From an uncultured Chryseosolibacter sp. (lineage in GTDB: Bacteria > Bacteroidota > Bacteroidia > Cytophagales > Cyclobacteriaceae), in assembly GCA_966095595.1 (NCBI GenBank), contig CBHTUB010000001.1, positions 1 to 45,769 of the forward strand: a stretch of DNA of 45,769 nt, read 5' to 3'. The position numbers and the translations under genes are program-made. This document shows positions 28,376 to 38,421 of this stretch, piece after piece. A model generated the notes under the pieces. The model was not told where the DNA came from. It was given only the letters and a program-made list of their open reading frames with translations, and ran no database searches. Numbering within the stretch: position 1 is the first letter of the stretch; the number at the start of each line of letters is the position of its first letter.

Positions 28376-29509
28376 TTACTTCAACGCGTTTGTCGGTACT
28401 TCCTTATTTCTGAAAGAATAAATCAATACAAAAATACCTGCTATGACCAACGGGATACTGAGGATCTGCCCCATATACAATGGCAGATCGTTTTCGAACG
28501 ACTCCTGCGGTTCTTTAAGGAATTCATAGAGGAAACGCAGTCCGAAGCAAACGATAAGGAAAATTCCGAATATGCGTCCCTGCGGCAGATTCTCTTTATA
28601 CTTGTACCAGATCATAAATAGCAGCAAGAAGAGCAGCAGGCATGAGATCGCCTCGTACAGCTGGGCAGGGTGACGCACGATACCGATGGTCGAGACCTTC
28701 GCAGCAAAATTTCCGGACTTTAGCTGAACAAGCTCAAAATTGATCGGGTCGGTTCCTTCGTCGAAATACTCGTAGAGATCATTCGAAAGAACGTCTTTCA
28801 CTGTAAACTGAATAAACCCTTCGGCCTGATCCTTGTTGATCCGTTTGTTGAAGATGAGGTAAATGCTCAGTGGAACTCGGCCATTTGGCGTTACGCCAAC
28901 AGAATCCACGCGTCGGTACTCGATTGATTCAACGAAACGTTCATTTTTGACTTTTCGATCTTCTATATTTTCCGTGAAGCGGTTTACAAATACGACGCCC
29001 ACCGGCGAATCAGTTGGCTTCCCGATAATTTCCGAGTTGAAGTAATTTCCAAGCCTGATCAGCGCGCCGGTGAGGGCAACGAGGATCACAATGCGATCGA
29101 GTACCTGCAGGTAGTTTTGCCCCGGTTTTCTCTTTCGGCTGTAAAGCCACAACACGAATAGGATACCGATGGCGCCGCCGTGGCTGGCAAGGCCCTGGAG
29201 ACCTGTAAAACGGAATGGGCTAAACTCGAACGGCAGGAAGATCGACACCGGGTCCTGCCAGATGATCTCGGGCTGATAAAAGATCACGTGTCCAAGACGC
29301 GCACCGATGATCGTAGCGACCACCATCCAAATGGTCAATGTGTCGACATCCTTCTCCGGTTTGCCTTCCCTGCGATACATGTAATAAAGGATCTGCTGGC
29401 TCACCAGGAAGCCTAGCGCAAAAAATAACCCGTACCATCTTAGTGCGAATGTGCCGGCAGAGAATATCTCGGGGCTGCCGTTCCAAATGATAAAATTGAG
29501 TATAGCCAT
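28376..29509 (-). CDS. lgt: Prolipoprotein diacylglyceryl transferase
   Basis: RWYGL, IGARLGHV, GLASHGG, RLGNYFNSEIIG and HPAQLYE motifs. Confidence 0.95.
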   Translation of the reverse strand: MAILNFIIWNGSPEIFSAGTFALRWYGLFFALGFLVSQQILYYMYRREGKPEKDVDTLTIWMVVATIIGARLGHVIFYQPEIIWQDPVSIFLPFEFSPFRFTGLQGLASHGGAIGILFVLWLYSRKRKPGQNYLQVLDRIVILVALTGALIRLGNYFNSEIIGKPTDSPVGVVFVNRFTENIEDRKVKNERFVESIEYRRVDSVGVTPNGRVPLSIYLIFNKRINKDQAEGFIQFTVKDVLSNDLYEYFDEGTDPINFELVQLKSGNFAAKVSTIGIVRHPAQLYEAISCLLLFLLLFMIWYKYKENLPQGRIFGIFLIVCFGLRFLYEFLKEPQESFENDLPLYMGQILSIPLVIAGIFVLIYSFRNKEVPTNALK

Positions 29510-29514
29510 AACGG

Positions 29515-29522
29515 CAAATATA
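29515..29522 (-). promoter_or_regulatory. -7 element (TATATTTG) 5 nt before lgt ATG
   Basis: Exact TAnnTTTG match. Confidence 0.6.
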
Positions 29523-29581
29523 ACAGCCTGTTACGGATAGTCCACTATGCTGTAAGGTCTATACTCCGATGAAACTTTTGG

Positions 29582-31414
29582 CTACAAATCGTTCAATTCC
29601 TCAGCGAAGCCCGACGACAGTATCGGGAAGCGACACCAGGAGCGAGGATCGACGTTCAGGTCGTCGAGGTGGAAAGAGGGCGCAAGTCGTTCACGTTTCC
29701 ATTGATTGATAGACCAAAGCCTGTAAAATTTGCGGATATAGTGTTTAAGCTGATCATCCGGGGCCAACCCATTCATGAGCTTCAGCACTTCCCTGGGTGA
29801 TCTCCGGTCGCGAATGCCATGTTTCTCGATCTCTGCAAGTATGGGATAAGGCATCAGATCGGCCTCATCGGTCTGGTATCGGTCCAGTGGCCTGAGCTCA
29901 GCTGTAGGTTTGAGGTTATTGACATAGGAGAGACCTGTGTAGCCGAGATCTTTTTCGGCCCATTTGAGCCATTGTAAAATAAATACCTTGCTAAGTCCCG
30001 CTATGGGGGCCAGGCTTCCGCTGGTATCGCCGTCCATCGTGGCATAGCCCACATCACCTTCGCTCCTGTTCGACGTGGTCAGAAGGACCGACCGCCTCAG
30101 GTTTGCCAGCATCCAGATGATCGGTGAACGTGCTCTTGCCTGTATATTTTGAAGCGCTATGTCATCTTCTTCCCACGTAAGTTTCCGGCCGATAGCTTTT
30201 TCGATCTTTCCGGAATAGCTGGCGACTTCATCGTCTATTAACCAGTGATGGAACCCTGCGCCAATGGATTCCGCAAGGGATTTTGCCGCTTGCAGCGTTT
30301 CAGGGGACGAGTTGCGGGTGCCCTGATACGCACAGGTGAGGATCTTGTTCACGGCCTTTTTTCGGTCACCTTTTATCTCTGTGGGATCGAGGTCCAATGC
30401 CCCGCAAAATTCTTCCCACCCAAGTTCCTCAGATCCGCGCCTCACCATTTCGGCTACAAGAACTGCGCAGATGCTTGAATCGGCTCCTCCGCTGAGTGAG
30501 AGCACATAACCTTTGGACCTGCTTTTCCGCATGTAGTCGAAGAGTGCAAGCGACACCGCCTGTGCAAGCTCTTCATTTTTTTCCTTGTTGTCGGAAGGCG
30601 GAACATTTTGTGACAGCGAAGGCTCATCGAAATCAACCTCACATGAAAGAAGATTGACTTTCCGGAAGGACAATCGTCTGTTTACCCCGAGAAGTTTTCC
30701 GTTCTGGCCGATAATGATGTCTCCATCGTAGATCATTCGGCCCGCCTCATTGCCGAGGTGGTTGACGAAAAGATAGACGCAATTAAATGCGGATGATCCG
30801 TCAATAACAACCTCCTTCTCGCGTAGCTCGCTTTTGCCCATAGCAAAGTGACTTGCGCTCGGATTGAGGATCAGCTCGACACCTTTATGGCACAGACGGT
30901 AGCCCGGACGTTTTTCCTTTCGCCACGCATCCTCACAGATCTCGAATCCGAAAGTGATGCCATCGACCTCATACACCAGATCTCCAACCTCTATCTTCTC
31001 TCCGTCGATCGTAATGGATGACGTTTGGCCGGGAATCCATTCCTGAAACCATCTCGGTTCATAGTGGACGCCATCCCTGGCAAGATTTTGTTTTAACGTG
31101 ATGCCCTTGATCTTTTTATTTTCGATCACGGCAACCCCATTGTAAAGCACGTTTCCAACGTAGAGCGGTAATCCGATACACACAACGAGATTCCCGACAT
31201 GCTCCCGCAACGCCAACAGCTGCTGCCACGCGGTCTCCGCTACCCACGGACTCAAAAAAAGATCCTCGCATCCATAACCTGTAAGACACAATTCCGGAAG
31301 GCATAGGAGTCTCACGCCCTCGCTATGTGCAAGTTTGATCGCTTGTTTGATGTTGTCCGTGTTATTCTTCCAATCCAGCGGAATCTGGTTTAGCGTAGCG
31401 CCCGCGATTTTCAT
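29582..31414 (-). CDS. nadE: Glutamine-dependent NAD(+) synthetase
   Basis: Nitrilase domain (PELCLTGY, ICED) plus SLSGGADS, QNIQARAR and PTAEL. Confidence 0.95.
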   Translation of the reverse strand: MKIAGATLNQIPLDWKNNTDNIKQAIKLAHSEGVRLLCLPELCLTGYGCEDLFLSPWVAETAWQQLLALREHVGNLVVCIGLPLYVGNVLYNGVAVIENKKIKGITLKQNLARDGVHYEPRWFQEWIPGQTSSITIDGEKIEVGDLVYEVDGITFGFEICEDAWRKEKRPGYRLCHKGVELILNPSASHFAMGKSELREKEVVIDGSSAFNCVYLFVNHLGNEAGRMIYDGDIIIGQNGKLLGVNRRLSFRKVNLLSCEVDFDEPSLSQNVPPSDNKEKNEELAQAVSLALFDYMRKSRSKGYVLSLSGGADSSICAVLVAEMVRRGSEELGWEEFCGALDLDPTEIKGDRKKAVNKILTCAYQGTRNSSPETLQAAKSLAESIGAGFHHWLIDDEVASYSGKIEKAIGRKLTWEEDDIALQNIQARARSPIIWMLANLRRSVLLTTSNRSEGDVGYATMDGDTSGSLAPIAGLSKVFILQWLKWAEKDLGYTGLSYVNNLKPTAELRPLDRYQTDEADLMPYPILAEIEKHGIRDRRSPREVLKLMNGLAPDDQLKHYIRKFYRLWSINQWKRERLAPSFHLDDLNVDPRSWCRFPILSSGFAEELNDL

Positions 31415-31427
31415 AGCTCAAAAAAAC

Positions 31428-31575
31428 GGAATATAGAATTTAGAATATAGAAAGTGAGAATGGAAATTTCTTAAATCAATGCGAACTCAGCATTTCTGAC
31501 TCCCACGCCCTATTTTGCAAAACAGAATAACCCGGGGCCAACTTCTAACTCCTGTCTCCCAATTTCTAATTCCTG
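31428..31575. repeat. Degenerate 7-bp tandem repeats in two opposed blocks
   Basis: ggaatat-agaattt-agaatat-agaaagt (31428-31455) and acttcta-actcctg-tctccca-atttcta-attcctg (31541-31575). Confidence 0.6.
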
Positions 31576-31628
31576 GTATTTAACTGTCTGAAAACGAAAG
31601 TAGGAAGATTAAAATTCGGTAGCCTGCC

Positions 31629-32366
31629 TCAATTCTCGGAAAATAGGTTCAGCAGCTCACATGTTTTCAAGGCTGCGTCCTGTTCGGCTTTTTTCTTGCT
31701 GTTGCCATAACCGGTACCCATTGCCTGGCTGTCGACCATGACCTGGGCTGTGAACTCTTTATGGTTCTTTGCTTTCTTGACATTTACGATCTCGAAGCGA
31801 ACTTCCTTGCCTTCGCGTTGTGCCCATTCGATGATCTTGCTTTTGTAATTCGAGTTGGAGTTCACAAGCTCGTCGAGGTCGTAGTTGGGCGCAATGAGTT
31901 TGTCGATGACGAACTTCCGGGTGCGCAGGTAGCCTTTATCGAGGTAGATGGCTCCGACGATGGCTTCAAGTGTATTGCCCAGGATCACCTGCTGGAGGTG
32001 CGAGTTCTTGTGATCGAATTGAACGATATTGGCGATGCCCATTTTTTTTGCCAGAAGGTTGAGGGCTTCGCGGTTAACGATACGCGAGCGGATCTCGGTA
32101 AGAAAGCCTTCGGGCTTGAAGGGGAATTTTTTGAACAGGAAATCGGCAACGGCAGCGCCGAGAATGGCATCTCCGAGGTATTCCAGTCGTTCGTTCGACT
32201 CCTTGAATCCGTGGTCGTTTTCCTTTGCTATCGAGCTGTGAACGGTGGCAAGTTTGTACAGGGCAAGGTTGGACGGTGAAAATCCGGCAATGTTCTGAAT
32301 GGCCCTGATCAATTTCTGATCATTCGCAGTCTTACTTTTGGGTATCTTGAGGATTTTCCAAACCAA
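31629..32366 (-). CDS. rnc: Ribonuclease III
   Basis: NERLEYLGDA signature and C-terminal dsRBD (SKKKAEQDAA). TTG start. Confidence 0.95.
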   Translation of the reverse strand: MVWKILKIPKSKTANDQKLIRAIQNIAGFSPSNLALYKLATVHSSIAKENDHGFKESNERLEYLGDAILGAAVADFLFKKFPFKPEGFLTEIRSRIVNREALNLLAKKMGIANIVQFDHKNSHLQQVILGNTLEAIVGAIYLDKGYLRTRKFVIDKLIAPNYDLDELVNSNSNYKSKIIEWAQREGKEVRFEIVNVKKAKNHKEFTAQVMVDSQAMGTGYGNSKKKAEQDAALKTCELLNLFSEN

Positions 32367-32437
32367 GCGAATCCGTCTGTTTTAATCGTATGCTAAGATA
32401 GCAATTATCGGTAATTCAGAGTAGAAGGCTTTCAGGG

Positions 32438-33685
32438 TCAGATCTTCTTGAAGATGACAGAGAAGTTGTGTCCGCCAAACCCGAAGGTATTGCTCAATGC
32501 TATGTTCACTTTGCGCTGTTGTGCCGTGTTGAAGGTCATATTCAGCTTCGGATCCATTTCCGGATCGTCGGTAAAGTGATTGATAGTAGGAGGAATAACA
32601 CTTTCGTTGATGGCCAGCAAGCAAGCAATACTTTCAATGGCACCGGCTGCACCGAGCAGGTGGCCTGTCATTGATTTGGTCGAGCTGATGTTCATCTTGT
32701 AGGCGTGGTCTCCGAACACCTTCTGGATGGCTTTGATCTCGCCGATGTCGCCAAGAGGGGTTGAGGTGCCGTGTGTATTGACGTAGTCGACCTGATCTGC
32801 GGTGATACCTGCATCTTCCAGTGCATTATACATTACCTGGATGATACCGGCGCCTTCAGGATGAGGTGCTGTGATGTGATAGGCGTCTGACGACATACCG
32901 CCGCCGATGACCTCTGCGTAGATCTTTGCGCCGCGTTTTTTCGCGTGCTCGTATTCTTCGAGGATCAGGGCACCGGCTCCTTCGCCGAGTACAAAACCAT
33001 CACGGTCTTTGTCGTAGGGGCGTGAGGCTGTTTCCGCGGAATCGTTTCTTTCGGAAAGCGCCTTGAGTGCGTTGAAACCACCAACCCCGGCTTCGCAGAC
33101 AGCGGCCTCGGAGCCTCCGGACACGATAATGTCGGCCTTTCCCAGTCTCAGGAAGGTAAAGGCGTCGTATAGCGCATTCGTGGACGAAGCACAGGCAGAA
33201 ACGGTGACATAGTTGGGACCACGGAAGCCATATTTGATCGAAATATGACCAGCGCTGAGATCCGGGATCATTTTTGGGATAAAGAAGGGATTGAAGCGTG
33301 GAGTGCCGTCGCCTTTTGCGTACGACTTCACTTCTTCCTGAAAAGTTAGCAACCCTCCGATACCTGAACCCCAGATCACACCAACGCGGTTGGGATTTAG
33401 TTCAGACAACGGAAGGTTGGAATCTTTTATAGCTTCATCAGCAGCCACCATCGCATATTGGGCAAAGGGGTCCATTTTGCGGGCCTCTTTACGATCCATG
33501 AAATTGCCGACGTCGAAGTTCTTGACTTCACAGGCGAATTTCGTTTTATATTTTGAAGCGTCGAACCGGGTAATGGGAGCAGCTCCGCTTTTACCTTTCT
33601 TCAGTCCGTCCCAATACTCGGGTAAAGTATTGCCGATCGGGGTAAGTGCACCAAGTCCTGTAACGACTACTCGCTTCAAATTCAT
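32438..33685 (-). CDS. fabF: Beta-ketoacyl-ACP synthase II
   Basis: RVVVTGLG, SACASS, HGTST, KSMTGHLLGAAG and NTFGFGGHN motifs. Start ATG 33685 or 33691. Confidence 0.97.
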   Translation of the reverse strand: MNLKRVVVTGLGALTPIGNTLPEYWDGLKKGKSGAAPITRFDASKYKTKFACEVKNFDVGNFMDRKEARKMDPFAQYAMVAADEAIKDSNLPLSELNPNRVGVIWGSGIGGLLTFQEEVKSYAKGDGTPRFNPFFIPKMIPDLSAGHISIKYGFRGPNYVTVSACASSTNALYDAFTFLRLGKADIIVSGGSEAAVCEAGVGGFNALKALSERNDSAETASRPYDKDRDGFVLGEGAGALILEEYEHAKKRGAKIYAEVIGGGMSSDAYHITAPHPEGAGIIQVMYNALEDAGITADQVDYVNTHGTSTPLGDIGEIKAIQKVFGDHAYKMNISSTKSMTGHLLGAAGAIESIACLLAINESVIPPTINHFTDDPEMDPKLNMTFNTAQQRKVNIALSNTFGFGGHNFSVIFKKI

Positions 33686-33722
33686 GATCAATAGGGTGTG
33701 GTTGTGATAGTGCGGAGGTCAA

Positions 33723-33962
33723 TTATTTCTTAACGTTTTGCTCCAGGTAAGAGATTGCCTGGCCAACGGTTGAGATATTTTCAGCCTGGTCGTCTGGAAT
33801 AGAAATATTGAATTCTTTTTCGAACTCCATGATGAGTTCTACGGTGTCGAGGGAGTCAGCCCCGAGATCGTTAGTAAAGCTAGCCTCAGGAGTAACTTCA
33901 GATTCTTCTACACCAAGTTTCTCGATGATGATCTGTTTTACTTTTTGTGCGATTTCAGACAT
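33723..33962 (-). CDS. acpP: Acyl carrier protein
   Basis: [14 protein letters not shown] phosphopantetheine site. Confidence 0.98.
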   Translation of the reverse strand: MSEIAQKVKQIIIEKLGVEESEVTPEASFTNDLGADSLDTVELIMEFEKEFNISIPDDQAENISTVGQAISYLEQNVKK

Positions 33963-34077
33963 TGTTTTTTCGGTTTAATGATTTAAAAATCTCTGCAAAG
34001 AAAGAGATTTGCTGCAATATTGTCAAACTTTTTTGATCTTGGCAGATTAGCCCAAAAACGCCGTTTTCACGCTAAAA

Positions 34078-34497
34078 ATGAAGAAGAATAAGCTGCTGAT
34101 CGATTATGAATTCGACTTTCATCTCATGGGTGTCACTTCGGCAGTCAAGGGTTATAAGCTCGCTTTCGACATCAATCAGACGCTCGGCATCAAGCTCATA
34201 AAACAGCAGGACCTGGTGGTCGGATTCAGAAATAATGAAGAAAAGGCATTTTCCTTCTATGCTTTTGAAACGCCCCTAAATCGATTGAAACTATTCAAAA
34301 ACAAGCCAGTGGAGCAAGATGCCGGAAAGTATTTCCTAATACCTGAATTTCCTCACTTTGATTTTATAATTTTGGCCGCCATGGAAGAGCATACCCCACA
34401 GCAACTGATTGAATTGATCAAGTCTGTTCCATCTGTTCAGCTTGTATCACAGATCCCCCTCGAAGGACTAAAGTCTAAATCCAACTTCATCTTCTGA
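34078..34497 (+). CDS. IPExxxVDY family protein
   Basis: YKLAFDINQTLGI and FLIPEFPHFDF. Sits before pyk, as is typical in Bacteroidota. Confidence 0.85.
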   Translation: MKKNKLLIDYEFDFHLMGVTSAVKGYKLAFDINQTLGIKLIKQQDLVVGFRNNEEKAFSFYAFETPLNRLKLFKNKPVEQDAGKYFLIPEFPHFDFIILAAMEEHTPQQLIELIKSVPSVQLVSQIPLEGLKSKSNFIF

Positions 34498-34555
34498 GTT
34501 ATGGGTTGCCTCCATCAGTTCATCGACCAACAACATTACCGTTTACCTTAAACCT

Positions 34556-35986
34556 ATGTTTGAAAAAGTCTCGTACAACAAAACCAAGATTGTTGCCACA
34601 GTCGGCCCCGCTTCAAATTCCAAAGAGATGTTGCGCGCCCTCGTTCGCGAAGGAGTCGACGTATTCCGTTTGAACTTCTCGCATGGATCTCACGAAGATC
34701 ATCTTAAAGTGATCAACAATGTTCGTGAAATAAATAAAGAGCTCGGCACAACTGTATCGCTTCTTCAGGACCTCCAGGGACCCAAGATCCGTATCCAGGA
34801 AATGCAACCCGACACCGTGATCGAACGCGGGCAAAAGCTCACCATCACGTCACGCCAGCTGCTCGGAAACAGCGAGATATGCAGTACATCCTATACGTCA
34901 CTTCCAACGGACGTAAAGGTAGGAGACATGATCCTCATCGATGACGGAAAGATCGAACTGAAGGTTACCGGTGTCAGCGACACGGACGTTCATACCGAGG
35001 TTGTTTACGGCGGCCCGCTGAAATCACGCAAAGGCATCAACCTCCCATTCACAAAAGTATCGGCTCCCTCACTTACCGACAAAGACATCAAGGATCTCGA
35101 GTTCGGCCTCAAGAATGACCTGGACTGGATCGCGCTCTCATTTGTGAGAAAGGCATCCGATATCCTGGAGCTGCGCGAGCGCATCAACAAGAGCGGCGCC
35201 AACTCACGGATCGTAGCGAAGATCGAAAAGCCCGAGGCACTCTCCAATATAGACGAAGTCATTGCAGCTACTGACGCCGTTATGGTTGCGCGAGGTGACC
35301 TGGGTGTCGAGATATGGCTGGAAGAAGTTCCGATGGTACAAAAGATGCTGGTGGAAAAATGTAACAAGGCCGGCAAGCCGGTTATCGTTGCAACCCAGAT
35401 GATGGAAAGCATGATCGAGAACCCGCGCCCGACACGCGCAGAAACCAACGACGTGGCAAACGCCGTTATGGACGGGGCGGATGCCGTAATGCTTTCTGCC
35501 GAAACTGCTGCCGGAAAATATCCGATCGAGGTGATCCGCAGTATGGTTCGTACGATCGCTTCCGTTGAAAAAAATCAGAGAATGTACTTCCGCTTCCGCG
35601 AAGTAAATCCTGAATCGCCGACAGCGATCCACGACAACTTCGTACTTGCGGCCTGCAAGCTTGCGAAAGACATCGGCGCGAAGGCCATTGTTGGTATGAC
35701 CCAGTCGGGATACACCGCGTTTCAGTCGGCAGCATACAGACCGAATGCAAACATCTTCGTGTTTACGTCGAATAAGTCACTGCTCACCAAGATCAACCTG
35801 GTGTGGGGCGCGCAGGCTTACCATTACGACAAGGTGAACTCGACCGATGAAACTATTGCTGACGTTGAGAAAAAACTGAAGGAAGACGGACACGTGAAAT
35901 CCGGCGATATATTCCTGGTACTGGCCAGTATGCCGATCCATGAGAAGGCACGGACCAACACGCTGAAAGTGAATATTGTGAAATAA
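34556..35986 (+). CDS. pyk: Pyruvate kinase
   Basis: TKIVATVGP, RLNFSHG, DLQGPKIR, AKIEK, MVARGDLGVE and ATQMMESM motifs. Confidence 0.98.
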   Translation: MFEKVSYNKTKIVATVGPASNSKEMLRALVREGVDVFRLNFSHGSHEDHLKVINNVREINKELGTTVSLLQDLQGPKIRIQEMQPDTVIERGQKLTITSRQLLGNSEICSTSYTSLPTDVKVGDMILIDDGKIELKVTGVSDTDVHTEVVYGGPLKSRKGINLPFTKVSAPSLTDKDIKDLEFGLKNDLDWIALSFVRKASDILELRERINKSGANSRIVAKIEKPEALSNIDEVIAATDAVMVARGDLGVEIWLEEVPMVQKMLVEKCNKAGKPVIVATQMMESMIENPRPTRAETNDVANAVMDGADAVMLSAETAAGKYPIEVIRSMVRTIASVEKNQRMYFRFREVNPESPTAIHDNFVLAACKLAKDIGAKAIVGMTQSGYTAFQSAAYRPNANIFVFTSNKSLLTKINLVWGAQAYHYDKVNSTDETIADVEKKLKEDGHVKSGDIFLVLASMPIHEKARTNTLKVNIVK

Positions 35987-36008
35987 TTATCCGCTTTGAT
36001 ACAAATAG

Positions 36009-36039
36009 AAAAAGCCACTCAATTTGAAGTGGCTTTTTT
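36009..36039. terminator. Bidirectional terminator between pyk and NFACT gene
   Basis: aaaaagccact/agtggcttttt stem with A and T tracts between convergent genes. Confidence 0.82.
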
Positions 36040-36078
36040 GTTGAGATTATTTTTCACGAAACTACCGATGGCCTTGAG

Positions 36079-37623
36079 CTAAAGTCTGGGCACCACCATG
36101 ATCACGTCCTCGCGCTCTACAACAACAGCTCCGGGCGGGTCGCCCTTTCTTTTCCTTACGAACTTCTTCGGTGTAACGATCACCGGACACAGGCTGTCGT
36201 TCTTGCGTTTTGAGTTATACGCCGCCAGCTCGGCCGCGCGCTCGATGACGTCTTTTGGAAATTTTTTTCCTGATTGATATTTGATGATCACGTGAGAACC
36301 GCTTACGTCTTTTGCGTGTAGCCAAAGATCCTCTTTATAGCTCAGTTGTTGCGTGAGAATGTCGTTGCTCTCGGCGTTCTTGCCGACCAGTATCCTGAAT
36401 CCTTTATGATCGAACTCGTGATAGGGAAGGGATTGAGTGTCTTTTTCATCGTTTTTCAAAGTCATCTTCGCCACGAGAGACCGCAGTGATTTCAGATCCT
36501 TGGCCCCTTCGACCTCCGCGATCAGTCTATTAACTTCTATTAGCTTCTGTTCTTTTTCCGAGAGGGCCTGTCTGAGGTGGTCTAGCTCGATCTGCTGATT
36601 TTTCGCCTTTCGATAGAATACTTCTGCATTTTTTTGTGGCGTTAGCTCCTTCTTCAGCTTGATTGCAACCGTGCTATTTTCGTCGTAGAAGCTGCGAAAG
36701 CTCACACGCTCGTCGCCAGTTTTAATGGCATGAAGGTTTGCCATCACGAGATCGCCCCACAGCTTGTAGTTGTCGTCACGTTGCAATTCTTCCAGCTTGG
36801 CAGATGTCTTCACAACATAGTTATGACTGCTTGCAAGGACATTTCGGAGCCGGGAGATCACGTCGTTTTTTTCCTTTTCGAAAATATATACCTGCGTGAA
36901 TGTGTAGTAGAATTCATTCGCCGCCCTGATCGAATCGGTGAATTTTTTTGCAGGGGCGTCTGGCGGCAGCAAGGTGAGCAACGGCTTTCCCTGCATGACT
37001 ACAAAAAACTCGGAGCGTTCAAGTTGCGCTAAAGTTGCCTGTATCAGCGCCCATTGTTCATCGATGCTTTTTTCGAAATAGCCCTGCGACTGCAAGTGAT
37101 GCCATACGTGCTTTCCGAAAGTATAGTAGATCTTTTGTGGCGTGTGATGTTCTAACCGGAATGCGTCGAAGCTCCAGTCGATTTCCCTGTCGAGCGCGGC
37201 TGGCGTGATGGCGAAGTCGCCCTTGATATTTTGCTTGAAGAGTGCGACTACTTTATCCTGTTCAACAAAAACGATATTCGACCTGTTGCCATGCATTTTG
37301 AAGATCAGCTGAAGATCATTCGAAAGCACAATGGAAAAGGCACGTTCATTTCTGAATTGCCGTATACCTTGCACGCGCTGGCCGATGAGCGTAGGGAAAA
37401 GATCAACGCTGTTTTTCTTTGCGCGCTGAAAGTCTTCCGGGAAGGATAGGGCACTGAACTCAGCAAGCAACGATGCTCTTATGAAAAATGGTTTGGTATG
37501 CGTCTCAAAACGAATAACAAGCTCTTCCCTTGTCTGGCTAAAGCATTCCGAGATCACCGTGGATTGTAAACGATCCGCCAGTAATGCCGAAAGCTGTTTC
37601 AGGAAGTAGTAGTTCTGATGCAC
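36079..37623 (-). CDS. NFACT family protein (RqcH/FbpA-like)
   Basis: LTPQKNAEVFYRKAK coiled-coil motif and NFACT-R GKNAESND.L...DLWLHAKDVSGSHV. GTG start. Confidence 0.88.
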   Translation of the reverse strand: MHQNYYFLKQLSALLADRLQSTVISECFSQTREELVIRFETHTKPFFIRASLLAEFSALSFPEDFQRAKKNSVDLFPTLIGQRVQGIRQFRNERAFSIVLSNDLQLIFKMHGNRSNIVFVEQDKVVALFKQNIKGDFAITPAALDREIDWSFDAFRLEHHTPQKIYYTFGKHVWHHLQSQGYFEKSIDEQWALIQATLAQLERSEFFVVMQGKPLLTLLPPDAPAKKFTDSIRAANEFYYTFTQVYIFEKEKNDVISRLRNVLASSHNYVVKTSAKLEELQRDDNYKLWGDLVMANLHAIKTGDERVSFRSFYDENSTVAIKLKKELTPQKNAEVFYRKAKNQQIELDHLRQALSEKEQKLIEVNRLIAEVEGAKDLKSLRSLVAKMTLKNDEKDTQSLPYHEFDHKGFRILVGKNAESNDILTQQLSYKEDLWLHAKDVSGSHVIIKYQSGKKFPKDVIERAAELAAYNSKRKNDSLCPVIVTPKKFVRKRKGDPPGAVVVEREDVIMVVPRL

Positions 37624-37656
37624 GTGACGTGATTTGTATGATGTAAACTTCCGCTA

Positions 37657-38418
37657 TCAGCAGGTAATCTGCAAGCCGTCGTAGGCCAGCGCGACATCTG
37701 AAGGAAGTTCCTTCTGGACGTCGGCGTGAGATCCGAGCTTATGACTGATGTGCGTGAGAAACGTCCGTACGGGTTTGATCCTGCTTATCGCCGTCAACGC
37801 CTGGTCCAGGTTGAAATGAGAGACAGGTGCTTCGCGTTGCAACGCATTCAATACGAGCGTCTCTGTACCTTTCAATAATTCCATGGTTTCCTCAGGGATG
37901 AAATTCGCATCGGTAATGTAGCTAAAGTTGCCGAAGCGGAAGCCAAGTACGGGAAGTTTGAGGTGCAACACAGGCAGTGGCGTGATCTTGAACCCGTTGA
38001 CCACAAAAGAGGCTCCATCGATGAGATTCAAAGTGAGTCGCGGGATACCCGGGTAATATTGCGGTGCAAAGGCATAGGCATATTCGAGGCGCAGCTGATC
38101 GAGTACAGGTTGTGTGCCATAGACCGGCATGTCCATCTGCTGCATGAAATTATATGCGCGAACGTCGTCCAGGCCGGCGGTGTGGTCTCTGTGGGCATGT
38201 GTAAATATTACCGCATCGAGGCGTTTGATTCCCTCGCGGAGCATTTGTTGCCGAAAGTCAGGGCCGGTGTCTATTACGAAGCTGTTATTCCCGATCTCGA
38301 GATGTATCGAGGTGCGAAGCCTTTTGTCCCGGAAATCCAGCGATTGACAGACCTCACAGGTACATCCGATAACAGGTACACCCTGGGAAGTGCCGGTGCC
38401 CAGAAATGTTACCTTCAT
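37657..38418 (-). CDS. MBL-fold metallo-hydrolase (PhnP/YycJ-like phosphodiesterase)
   Basis: LGTGTSQGVP..GC.C.VC, DTGPDFRQQ, THAHRDH, THISH and AYDG motifs. Confidence 0.92.
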   Translation of the reverse strand: MKVTFLGTGTSQGVPVIGCTCEVCQSLDFRDKRLRTSIHLEIGNNSFVIDTGPDFRQQMLREGIKRLDAVIFTHAHRDHTAGLDDVRAYNFMQQMDMPVYGTQPVLDQLRLEYAYAFAPQYYPGIPRLTLNLIDGASFVVNGFKITPLPVLHLKLPVLGFRFGNFSYITDANFIPEETMELLKGTETLVLNALQREAPVSHFNLDQALTAISRIKPVRTFLTHISHKLGSHADVQKELPSDVALAYDGLQITC

Positions 38419-38421
38419 TCC

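Noticed and set aside
31962-31979. RNase III GNTLEA instead of AD/GD..EA
   Set aside because: By recall, Asn at this position is common in Bacteroidota RNase III. The other catalytic acids are present.
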